Origin: Octopus sinensis
Taxonomy: Eukaryota
Assembly (NCBI RefSeq): GCF_006345805.1
Contig: NC_043023.1
Location: 17,732,001 to 17,796,000 of the forward strand
Length of the DNA: 64,000 nucleotides
Reading direction: 5' to 3'
Position 1 is the stretch's first letter; each line of letters opens with the position of its first letter. Below the pieces are notes generated by a model that saw nothing but the letters and a program-made list of their open reading frames with translations, did no database searches and was not told the DNA's origin. Positions 55,067 through 64,000 of the stretch are shown piece after piece. A program made the position numbers and the translations under genes.

Positions 55067-55097
<31 letters not shown>

Positions 55098-56740
55098 ATT
55101 TCTTCGTCTTTTCTTGTTGTTGTTGTTCCCATTCTTCTTCTTCTTCTTCTTCTTCTCCTCCTCCTTCTACTACTACTACTTCTACCACTAGAGCCACCGC
55201 AACCGTCGATAACCCAACCACTCCTCCTCCTTCTCCTCTTATTACTAATACATCCACCACCACTGCCACCGCCACCACCAACACTACTACTAGTACTACT
55301 ACTACTTCCCTGCTACTGCTGCAGCTGCTGCTGCTACACTGACGGCAAATGTGATATGGGTTTTACCTGCTCACAGTTCCACCTGATTGTTCTGCTTCAA
55401 CCAAAATCTCTTCCGGTGTGTCTATCATATTGTTGATACTAAGAAGAATATTCCTTAGTGTTATATCGGCGGACACATTTGGTATCAAGGGCAGTATTTT
55501 CTCTTGAATATCAACAGCCAAGTCAATATCTTCTGCTTTGAAATACACTGCTTTCTTGGAAATATTGCTGAGTATTGTTGAAACCTCCTCAACATTTTCT
55601 GCAACGAAAAATTCAATGTGAAATTTAAGGGAATTTACAGATGCTTTCAGATGAAATATTAGATGCAAATTAAATGCCACACAAAAAATTAATGAATGAA
55701 TGGAAGTTAATGAACATCTCCAAATTCATATAGCACAGAGATAGCTAAATGAGTTCAGTTCATCATTTATATATTCATTGTGATAAATCGTTAGTGTCTC
55801 CTGCTCTGTAACGCTAACTGGAAGAGTGGGCGAGTTGCACAACACTACATACTTGAGTAACACAGACAATTGATAGTGAATGTTTGTAAATAATAACATT
55901 GACAACCAATGACCTGTGATACACCAGCCATCCTAAACAACTGTTAATATGAATGGAATTATTGTTCAGTTACACGTTGAACTTAAAGGAATATGGGTCG
56001 ATGATCTAATGATTAATATTGGTGTAAGTTTTGGCGGAAGAGCAGCAATTTCGGGGTAGAGGCTAAGTGAAATACATTGAAACCAATGCTCAACTCGTTC
56101 TTATTTCGTCAAAGATTAAAGGAAAAGTCGACGACATTTGAACTCAGAGCGCAAAGACGCACACAATGCCGCTAAGCATTGTGTCCGTCTTCTCCGGTAT
56201 CTACAATATCAATATTAATCATTCTTCATCAATGACTTATGAGAAATTGAAATCATCACTACAATGCAATCTTAAGAAAATCTCTTTGATTTTACAGTGC
56301 TACAGGTGAGAATCGTGCATCGCTTCCATTCAATGCTACACAGCTTTAAATATCTTATAACCCCCAGGACAACCTGATAGAAAATTGTATCATGGATAGC
56401 TCTATTGTATTATGCTTATTTACCTGCTGAATGATTCTGCAAAAAATTACTAAGAAAAGTGGTTTTAAAGATTTAATAATAAATTGAAATGTCCCACGTT
56501 ATAACATCTGTCGACATGTTTCCATATATGATTCTAGTGACACGCTTTTGGAAGACATGACCAAAAGGATTTATGCAACGAATTACATCCTAACAAATAA
56601 TTTTCATCTTGGTTACATATACATACATGCATACATACATATATACACATATACATACATTACAGGGAAAGAATGTCACACACACACACACACTCACAGG
56701 CAAATACGTATATATACATGCATATATATATATATATATA

Positions 56741-56830
<90 letters not shown>

Positions 56831-59017
56831 CATATATATAACCCTCCTGTTACTGCTATTACTATTATTACTAATACTACGGTAAGTGCATTTCCAAACA
56901 CTCACCTTCATTGATATCTTCACTTGTGATGTTCTTTAGTTGTTGAGTGATCCTCTCTGTATTGTAGCACTGAGACATGTCTGGTTCTTGCCAGACGCCA
57001 GTGAATGGTGAACCTTTTGGTGATGTGCCATACTGATTTGTTGGCATTTCTAGACCTACCATCTCTCCGGAAGAACTGAAAAATAAATATCAAATATCGT
57101 CAGTTATATAAATAAGCATATATAGTTCATCGATACCAGAGGAAAGTGAGAAAAACATTGACCTTATCGTGATTTGAACTCATAATCTGGTGAAACAAAG
57201 TTAAATACTGTGATGTATTTTGTCAGTAATCTATTATTTACTCCACCTTGTTATCATCCCGCCCGTTTACAAGGGACAACAATCCCGAAACTAGTCCGAG
57301 CGTATCACTCAGGCTTGCGAGGAAGGGATGGCCTCCCTTTGCAAATACTTTAAGGACACTGATATGGTGTCTAAAGCCAACTGGAGACGACACGCTCCTG
57401 GGGCTGTAAAGCTACAGTAACACCCCCTACCCTATGTGGTTAGCCATGTTAAGATGGCTTCTATACTTTACATTGTCGAGCGATTACTGTTTCAATCTCA
57501 TTCTGAGATTTAATAATGTAAAATATGTTCTTACTAAAAGTTAGATTTTAAAAATATTGCCAAATCTGCTTTTATCCGTTATATTTTGTTGCGACTTTTA
57601 AAATTCAAGTTAGGATGGACTAATATGGTGAATGAAGTACTAAGGCAAGATGCTGCTAGTCTTAAGTGAGTGGGGAAATCACCTATTTATATTTCGTCGT
57701 CATCATCATCCATAGTAGATTTACGTATATCTTCTACAAGAAAGATTTGACAACTTCCATCTTTGTCTTAAAACTTATAAAACTCAGACCCCAGCAATAA
57801 CACTTTAGATGCTTAGCACGTGGAATAACGTGGAGGATACGAAAAAATGATAAATATGATGCGACAGGCCCCACAATGACCTGCTTTCTTCGCTTACCAT
57901 CATATAATAACCAATTGAATAAATAACGTTACTCTGAAATCAATAGAATTAGTGATAAAGGCTATTGGCTGAGTCTAGATCTATGTTTTCTGCGCAACTT
58001 TTTTTAACATTCTGGCACTTACAGGAATCTTTACAAAAAATGTAATTTTGGTAAATGTAAAATATCAGTGCTAAATGATTTGAACTAATGGACATTAGTT
58101 TTATCTTAATCTCTCTAAGTGTTTTATATACTACTAGCAGCTAAGCCCACTCGGTCTGTTTGGATGATGTGGCTGTGATCGTTTTCCGTTCGGCATAATC
58201 TATAACAACCTTTCTCAACATTAGCATTTCGGGTCCCCTGTTTCGATTGGAGCCTCCAGGTGTATGAATACTCCCTCCCCTGTCTAAAAACAGCTTCAGG
58301 AATTGGGATGAACGAATTTGAACGTAAGCAGTTTCTGAGTGCTATTCTATTGTCTAATCATTAAATCATTGGGTGATCTTTCGATATGGGAACACACGAC
58401 TCTCACAAACCACTAATAAAGCACGTGTGTTTATTTACATTTTTGAAGAGGATTGTCGGTCTCCATAAAAAATATTTATTGTTTTAATATGGGGTTAGGT
58501 GGACAGGGGATCTTTTGAAGTTGGCGTGAAATCGAAAATAACAGAGAGAGCGTGAATATATGAATGAAGTTCTTTTGAAGTTGACGTGAAGCGGAAGAAT
58601 TGCTGAGCGTGCGTACGTGCGTGTATGAGGGAAAGAGTGTGTGTGCGTGCATGTGCGTGTGTGCATGTGTGTGTGTGTGTGTGTGTGTGTGTGCTTGATG
58701 TACTGTGCGAGACAGAATGTGTGGTGTGTATCTGAATTGCTTTTGTTAGTGTGTGTGAAGAGACGGAGAGAGTAACTTTGCTGGTGTGTGTGTATGTGTG
58801 TGTGTGTGAAAGAGAGAGTTATCTGAATTTTTTAAATTTACCTTTTGTAGTGAGTGAATGTGTGAGTGATTGACGGAGAAAAAGCAAGAGAGAGAGAGAA
58901 GCGTTATGTATGTATGTATGAATGGCTTTAGTGACACACACACGCACGCAGGTTGTTATGCATGTATGTATGTATGTATCTATGTATGTATACACAGATG
59001 CATGTATCTATATATGG

Positions 59018-59056
<39 letters not shown>

Positions 59057-60538
59057 AACTGCAATTTTGTTATTCACTTTTTGTAGTGAGTTAATGTGTG
59101 CGTGACGGACAGATAAAAGGAGAGAGAGGTTATGTATGTATATATGTATGCATGTATGTTTGTATGTATGGCTTTGGCTGACTGTAAACCTGTACTCTCC
59201 TTGTTGCTAGCGAAATCGTATATGCCGTCTCTGTGAGCGACTGTTTGTTTTAATGGCGGGGGGAATTCCATTAGAAAAGGGTTTAATCGTTTTTCTCGGT
59301 AACTAAGGGGGTCTAGGAAAATACAAACCGCATTCAAATCTATGCATCCGTCTTCTCATGTGTGCCATTTTTCACGCGAATCACCCAACCGTTTAGCTGT
59401 GAAACTCAAGACATGAGAGAATACAACGATCGCCCATGTCCAGTTTATATTATAGACTAGCGGCACCGATGAATAGTTCACGGAATTAACTGTAAACGTA
59501 ATGGGTTATTTTTGAAAACTTAATCGAAATATCCTGAAAGATTAGCCCTCGCTTGTATCAAATGATAATCTGATATTCATTGAAATACACTTTATATATA
59601 CATAGTTTATATAATTTATTCACAATTCTATAGACTTAATACACAACACTCATAAAATAAATATTCACTCTTATTTTCCCGTTTCCCCCATAAACAAATG
59701 AAAAATAATATCCCGTACATATTAGTTAAATTGCATATATCTTCCAATAAAATAAGGGTGACTATTTCACGGTGACAGGTGATATAAAATACTTATTTCA
59801 AATAAAAAAAAAACGTTTTCACTATTCACTCCCACAGCCACCTCCACCACAACCATGAACATCTTTCCCTCCTCTTTTCTCCCCTCTCCCTCATCTCCCT
59901 CCCCCTCTCTTTGACTGTCTTTAATCTCACCATCAGAACATCACCGCTCCGCTGACATCATATTTTCAATTCTCCACTACCTTCAACAAACTTTTATAAA
60001 CTACGTAATAAATATTAGGTTCGCTCTATCATACGTCATGGACACTTCTTCCCCCTCTTTTACTTTCTCCTTATTTCTGTCTCTATCTCCACCTTATCCT
60101 CTTCTTTCTTTATCTCTCCTCTTCTCTCTTTCCATTAAACTAATCACATAAAAGCCTTACAATTCCTTTCCCTCTGCCACACGTCATGCACGATGCTCTC
60201 TCTTTTTCTCTCTTTTTTCGCTCGCTGTCTTTTTCTTTCACTTTTTACTCTCCCTATCTTTTCTTTCTCACTCTTTATCTCTAATCACGTGATGGCGTTA
60301 CCGATGGGGCTAAGTAACGTAGTGACAGGCAGAATTATCATAAGATACAATGTAACATTCTCTTACACTTCGATGACAATGGAAAGTTCAAATTTGTGAA
60401 GACGTAAAACAATAGAAACGAACCAGTGTCTCGTTGCTACATTTGCATGACATGGGATCGTCACATCAGTTCCTATTTTTGTCATTGGCCAATAGAAAGT
60501 ACCATTGCTTGTTGAGGTTGTGCTTTCTTTGCAAAACA
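35636..60538 (-). CDS. Adhesion GPCR (HRM-GAIN/GPS-7TM, family B2), 12 reconstructed exons, 5' end not found
   Basis: Exons with AG/GT boundaries: 60538-60424, 57075-56906, 55598-55367, 54898-54727, 46818-46669, 45443-45315, 44825-44676, 43967-43867, 42982-42859, 39919-39775, 38396-38324, 35987-35636. Phases match at all 11 junctions and there is no internal stop (1913 nt, ~637 codons). GPS motif CVYW...W...GC...CSCNHL/TSF is followed by seven hydrophobic segments. Confidence 0.93.
36860..37260 (+). mobile_element. R4/Dong-like non-LTR fragment
   Basis: Degenerate ILAAQE..IRTN...KLA...YKR...[12 protein letters not shown]. Confidence 0.6.
38324..38396 (-). CDS. aGPCR exon K (TM4-ECL2)
   Basis: ttgtcAG / GTaagt, 73 nt. 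Encodes (G)[23 protein letters not shown](I). Confidence 0.92.
39775..39919 (-). CDS. aGPCR exon J (TM3-start of TM4)
   Basis: ttatAG / GTatgt, 145 nt. Encodes [48 protein letters not shown](G). Confidence 0.93.
40030..41262. mobile_element. Nest of ~5-6 copies of one SINE family (three or more plus, two minus)
   Basis: aaggcggcg...gaaatgcttagcggtatttc...gttcaaattccgccgaggtcgactttgcc starts near 40032, 40472 and 40675; reverse complements at ~40930-41050 and ~41080-41262. Confidence 0.85.
41790..42750 (+). mobile_element. R4/Dong-like non-LTR retrotransposon fragment (restriction-like endonuclease type)
   Basis: YRYLGILE...[13 protein letters not shown]...[13 protein letters not shown], a CCHC knuckle remnant, and [16 protein letters not shown]. 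Confidence 0.85.
42859..42982 (-). CDS. aGPCR exon I (ICL1-TM2)
   Basis: tatttcAG / GTaaga, 124 nt. Encodes [41 protein letters not shown]. Confidence 0.92.
43867..43967 (-). CDS. aGPCR exon H (TM1)
   Basis: tattccAG / GTaagc, 101 nt. Encodes [33 protein letters not shown](K). Too short for the supplied ORF track; read by hand. Confidence 0.92.
44676..44825 (-). CDS. aGPCR exon G (GPS motif and Stachel start)
   Basis: tttccaAG / GTtggt, 150 nt. Encodes [50 protein letters not shown]. Confidence 0.95.
45315..45443 (-). CDS. aGPCR exon F (GAIN)
   Basis: tttacAG / GTaacg, 129 nt. Encodes [43 protein letters not shown]; S-x-V-I-A-A-S-I and L-x-E-P-V are GAIN-like. Confidence 0.88.
46300..46487 (+). 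repeat. Diverged copy of the Penelope-like terminal repeat / 5' leader
   Basis: gaacgggaacctgaaattctgattaacag...aataaagtatattactctacctctggt...ttccacc.tgtttc.catttatgtg.ttactc.ggt aligns by eye with 15505-15635. Confidence 0.7.
46669..46818 (-). CDS. aGPCR exon E (GAIN)
   Basis: tttctttcAG / GTatgg, 150 nt. Encodes [50 protein letters not shown]. Confidence 0.82.
46858..47020. repeat. (CTA)n trinucleotide tract
   Basis: Directly visible. Confidence 0.95.
47782..48873 (-). mobile_element. Tc1/mariner superfamily remnant (maT/DD37D-like)
   Basis: VFQQVSA...[16 protein letters not shown] resembles FQQDSAP...WPPNSPDLNP. Short tgaggata/tatcctca inverted ends. Confidence 0.65.
49250..50010 (+). 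mobile_element. R4/Dong-like non-LTR 3' fragment
   Basis: [14 protein letters not shown]...[20 protein letters not shown], then a degenerate C-terminus and a 3' UTR; interrupted by the mariner at 50023. Confidence 0.65.
50023..51289 (+). mobile_element. Mariner DNA transposon, full length, defective transposase ~50188-51214
   Basis: TIRs tcaggtcatcccataagttctgtc / gacagaacttatgggatggcctga with TA duplication. Motifs (W)MPREL, LVTVDEK and HQDNA. Confidence 0.93.
52142..53069. mobile_element. AT-rich fold-back/MITE-like element with ~120-bp inverted termini
   Basis: 52142-52260 is the reverse complement of 52948-53069 with few mismatches. Confidence 0.7.
54727..54898 (-). CDS. aGPCR exon D (GAIN)
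   Basis: cacAG / GTataa. Encodes [57 protein letters not shown]; phase 2 in, phase 0 out. Confidence 0.85.
55060..55340. repeat. Compound (CAT)n/(CTT)n/(CTA)n/(CCA)n tract
   Basis: Directly visible. Confidence 0.9.
55367..55598 (-). CDS. aGPCR exon C (GAIN subdomain A)
   Basis: ttgcAG / GTaaaa. Encodes [36 protein letters not shown]...[11 protein letters not shown](R). Confidence 0.88.
56906..57075 (-). CDS. aGPCR exon B (HRM end)
   Basis: ttttcAG / GTGAGT. Encodes [56 protein letters not shown]; W-x-E-P-D-x-S-x-C is typical of the HRM. Confidence 0.88.
58133..59456 (+). mobile_element. Candidate non-autonomous Helitron-like element with internal microsatellites
   Basis: Begins actagcagctaagccc and ends ccagtttatattatagac, ends reminiscent of Lep1/HINE-type elements. 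Internal (GT)n, (GA)n and (TATG)n. Confidence 0.4.
60424..60538 (-). CDS. aGPCR exon A (start of hormone-receptor-motif-like region)
   Basis: ttttcAG acceptor, GTtcgt donor. Encodes (V)[37 protein letters not shown](C). Starts in phase 1, so an upstream exon must exist. Confidence 0.85.
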
Positions 60539-60659
60539 CTGAAAAAGAAATAAAACATTTGTATGAGATATATCTCAGAGAATTCATTGGTGTGGATTAT
60601 ATCCTGGAAATACATGGATATTGATAATGGTGGCTGGGCAAGTAACTGTACTAATCTAT

Positions 60660-60860
60660 ATAGTACTACTACTACTCTATCCAGTAGTAGTAGTAGTAGC
60701 AGCAGCAGCAGCAGGAGCAGTAGTAGTAGTTGTAGTAGTAGTAGTAGTAGTATCAACAGCAGTAGTAGTAGTAGTGGTAGTAGTAGCAGCAAGAGGAGTA
60801 GTAGTTGTAATATGACTAGCAGTAGAACCACCGGCAGCAGCAGCAGTAGTAGTAGTAGTT

Positions 60861-60940
<80 letters not shown>
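60660..60940. repeat. (TAG/CAG)n trinucleotide tract
   Basis: Directly visible; explains the poly-Ser and poly-Leu ORFs. Confidence 0.95.
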
Positions 60941-60941
<1 letters not shown>

Positions 60942-61767
60942 AACTAAGTAACATCGACGTCAAATTTGAGTGAAATCCGTTGAAATAGGTAAACTTTTGG
61001 CTGAAATTTTGCAGACAATTTGATTGGGAAATCCCATAAGGAATCGGTTTATCGATTGTTTCCACTCATCGAGTGTTTTTTTTTTGGGGGGGGGGGGGTG
61101 GAGAACTTAAAGCATTCAAAGATCGCATGTGTCCTAAGTAATGCTGGCAACAAATCTGAACAAAATACATCAAAATTGGTTGACGTTATGGTTGAAAAGA
61201 GTCAGATCTCTCCTTTCGAAAATATAGAGTTTCGAAACGTTGTTTACAAAATAATAGCTGATGGTTTGCGAAGGAGCGTGTCTACAGTCAACATGTAGGT
61301 ATTTTGCTCTGGTAACCTCTCCTCTCTCCCATGTTCACGCACAACCAGTTACTAGTAGAGCAACCGTTTCCGCTAATTTGGAAATTAGTTGTGGAGAAAC
61401 GGAAAATATCGTTTATATATATATTGCATACAAGTGTTTTGTGCGCATACATACATACATAACAACACCTGTCTGTCTGTTTTTTGCCTGTCAATCACTC
61501 AATAAAAACACGAAATTTCTAAAAATCTATTATCTTTCTCTCTCTCCCTCTCCGTCCCTGTTTGTAAACAATGGTAGATTTCTCCGCCGTAAAAATTGTT
61601 AGGTTATAATTGAAAATTTATTTTTACCGGTATTCGCCGGTGCCTCGGGAGAAAATAATTTGACGAAAATACAGCTAGAGTCGTGGAGCGACATGCGTGC
61701 AAATTTGTGGACGTGCATAAATTACATTCACGTACACACACTCACATCCTGCCTTTTATATATATAC

Positions 61768-61849
<82 letters not shown>

Positions 61850-61864
61850 GTGTGTGTGTGTGTA

Positions 61865-63200
61865 TACCTGGTGAAGACGCTATTTGAGGACACTTGTTTT
61901 TAGCCATTATTTTATTTAAGTAACATTTATTCAACTTCTATTTCAGAAAATAACAATGACAGGCGCTATGCTTAGTAATGAAATGGAAAGGCATGTTGTG
62001 ATTGAGGTGTAGCAATAACCATTTTAGCCATTTTGAATTGTGGCGCGAATTGGCAAAATTACGTAATGTCTTTGCCGAAGAATTATCATTTTCGTTTTTT
62101 CCCATTGTTTAATATAACTGCTCATATAATGATTCTAGAAGTTTCGAAAAGAATATCTGTCATGGATTCTTTTTAAGTCAGGTTGAGCAGTTATAAAAAA
62201 CCCTGGATTTTGGAAAATATATCAGTGTTCGTTTGGTAGTCACTCAACTCCACGTCACTCACTCTTTTGGAGACATCGGTAATTTTTATGCCATGTCTAA
62301 GTTAATCACAAATCTATTTTGATTTGTTGGTTAACGTATTAGATAGAAAGAAGAAATTAGCTAAGGAATTTAAAGTCGTTTTTTCTCCACGACAAAGTTA
62401 TCTTTCTTACTGTAAAAAAAGTATAAAATATTACATTTGTATAATAAAAAATAATTAAAAAGAATATGTTTCTCTTCACGTTTGTTTTTCAACTGAGCAT
62501 AGATAAATATGCATTTCTGTAATCTTTGTTTTATGTTTCTTATAGCGGTTTAAAGGACACGATTAAAATATTCGACATACATGGTCGTTGATGTAGCGTT
62601 CCATGCGTATATGTCTATACGACGTTATAACTGCAGTTAGGGTTTTAGTTATAATGATAACACTTGAGTATAAGTGACGTTGAATCATTATATTCTTACT
62701 TACTCAGAAAAAAGCCTAAATAAATAATATAAGCTAAGAGAAGGCTTAAGGTAGAATAACCGAAAACCGCCGTAGAGGCTTTGAAGGCTAAGTATGGTGA
62801 TTTAGAAATTTCTCGTTTTCTGAAATTTGCATAAGATTAGGTGTGAGTTAGAGGAAGAAGATGGAAGCGTATTACCTGTGTCAAAACGTACAAAACATTT
62901 TAAGGAATCTGATCCTAGCAGCACGCCTGAACGTATTCAGGTGCTTAAGCAAAACGTTGAAGACAAGCCAGGAAAATCAATGAAGTCAATCACAAAAAGT
63001 TTCGAATCAGAAAAAAACCAACAATCAGAAATTTTGTGCTTGAAGACATCAGATACAAATCTTACGTCATAAGGAGAGTTAAATTCATGTCAGAAAAAAA
63101 AAAGAAAACAAAATCATTTAATCAGATCCAAAATACTTTTGAACAAATTTTAAGTGTCATCAGAAGATATTGTGATTTGGTTTGTCTCAGCGTTTCTTTG
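61865..63200 (+). mobile_element. maT/Tc1-like transposase 5' fragments (61865-62020 and 62770-63200)
   Basis: ALKAKYGDLEISRFLK...HKIRCELE...PGKSMKSI...EDIRYKSYVIRR. Terminal sequence atttgagga is shared with the 47782-48873 element. Confidence 0.55.
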
Positions 63201-63960
63201 TAATCTATAAAACTCTTTTCAAATACCTTCCGTACCTTCTATATTGTTGTGTCCTACTCGACACTAATTTGTCCCACCTCATCACGACGTACTTCGTCGT
63301 CTGTGAGACCAGCCCGAACAGCGTCCTCGCCGCCTGAAACTGCTGACTGTGTTAGTCCATTATTTCTTAGTAGTGGAGAAACTCACTTCGCACATGGAGG
63401 CGTCCGCCACAACACCTCCCACTTTGAGGTTTGTTTCTATTTCTTCTAACCAGAATTATACACACACACACACACACGCATACACACACACACACACATA
63501 TATATATATATGTGTGTGTATGTGTGTGTGTTCAAAATTTACACGCTATTATTATACATGTATAGTTCATTTCTACATCTTTCCCTTTCGCTACACTTTT
63601 CTCGGCAGAAGGGTATCATTGAGATTAGGAACAAGACACACACGACAGATGTACTAAAATCTATACACGTACACATTTATAAAGGATGAATTGTCTTATT
63701 TATTTTTATTTGGTTCAGTCTATTTAAAATCTCAAGGAAACAACATCTAATCTCTTTATGTCAATTAGCCCGGTTGAGATTTTGCTCATATAATATTCTA
63801 ACTGCAAATTTCATTTATTTTTTATGAATTTGTAACCGGTATTGAGTAAAAGTGAAACGATTGTAGGTATTCTAATTATCTATGAGTTAATAAATTAGAT
63901 TATATCTATATACTCTCTATTTTCGTCTTGTTTATCATATGCTACATTTTTAATACGCAA

Positions 63961-64000
<40 letters not shown>

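Noticed and set aside
63250-63460. Upstream aGPCR exon (GTGAGT donor-like site on the minus strand near 63385)
   Set aside because: No clear acceptor or signal peptide, and the apparent frame ends in phase 0 while exon A needs phase 1.

Overview
AT-rich, microsatellite-dense animal genomic DNA. The repeat landscape (SINE families, (TA)n/(CA)n/(TCTA)n tracts, degenerate C2H2 zinc-finger array) looks like a coleoid cephalopod, probably Octopus; this is an inference, not a database result. The left ~30 kb is a mosaic of duplicated modules in both orientations (L1/Tx1 endonuclease fragments, CR1/L2-like RT fragments, SINEs). Inserted into it are a near-intact Penelope-like (Naiad-type) retroelement, a full-length RTE LINE, a mariner, and non-coding tandem/fold-back elements. 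The right ~28 kb holds a minus-strand adhesion GPCR gene: I could rebuild 12 exons (HRM-GAIN/GPS-7TM) with consistent splice phases, but I did not find its 5' end. Its introns carry mariner, maT/Tc1 and R4/Dong remnants. The most striking signal is a set of minimal type I hammerhead-ribozyme motifs (CUGAUGA...GAAA, self-complementary stem III). They occur in the direct repeats of the Penelope-like element and in three unrelated non-coding elements. Those three share one architecture: sense unit(s), an inverted copy on the 5' side, and insertion at (TA)n. This suggests a retrozyme-like, non-autonomous ribozyme retroelement system. All coordinates were counted by hand and may be off by a few bases.
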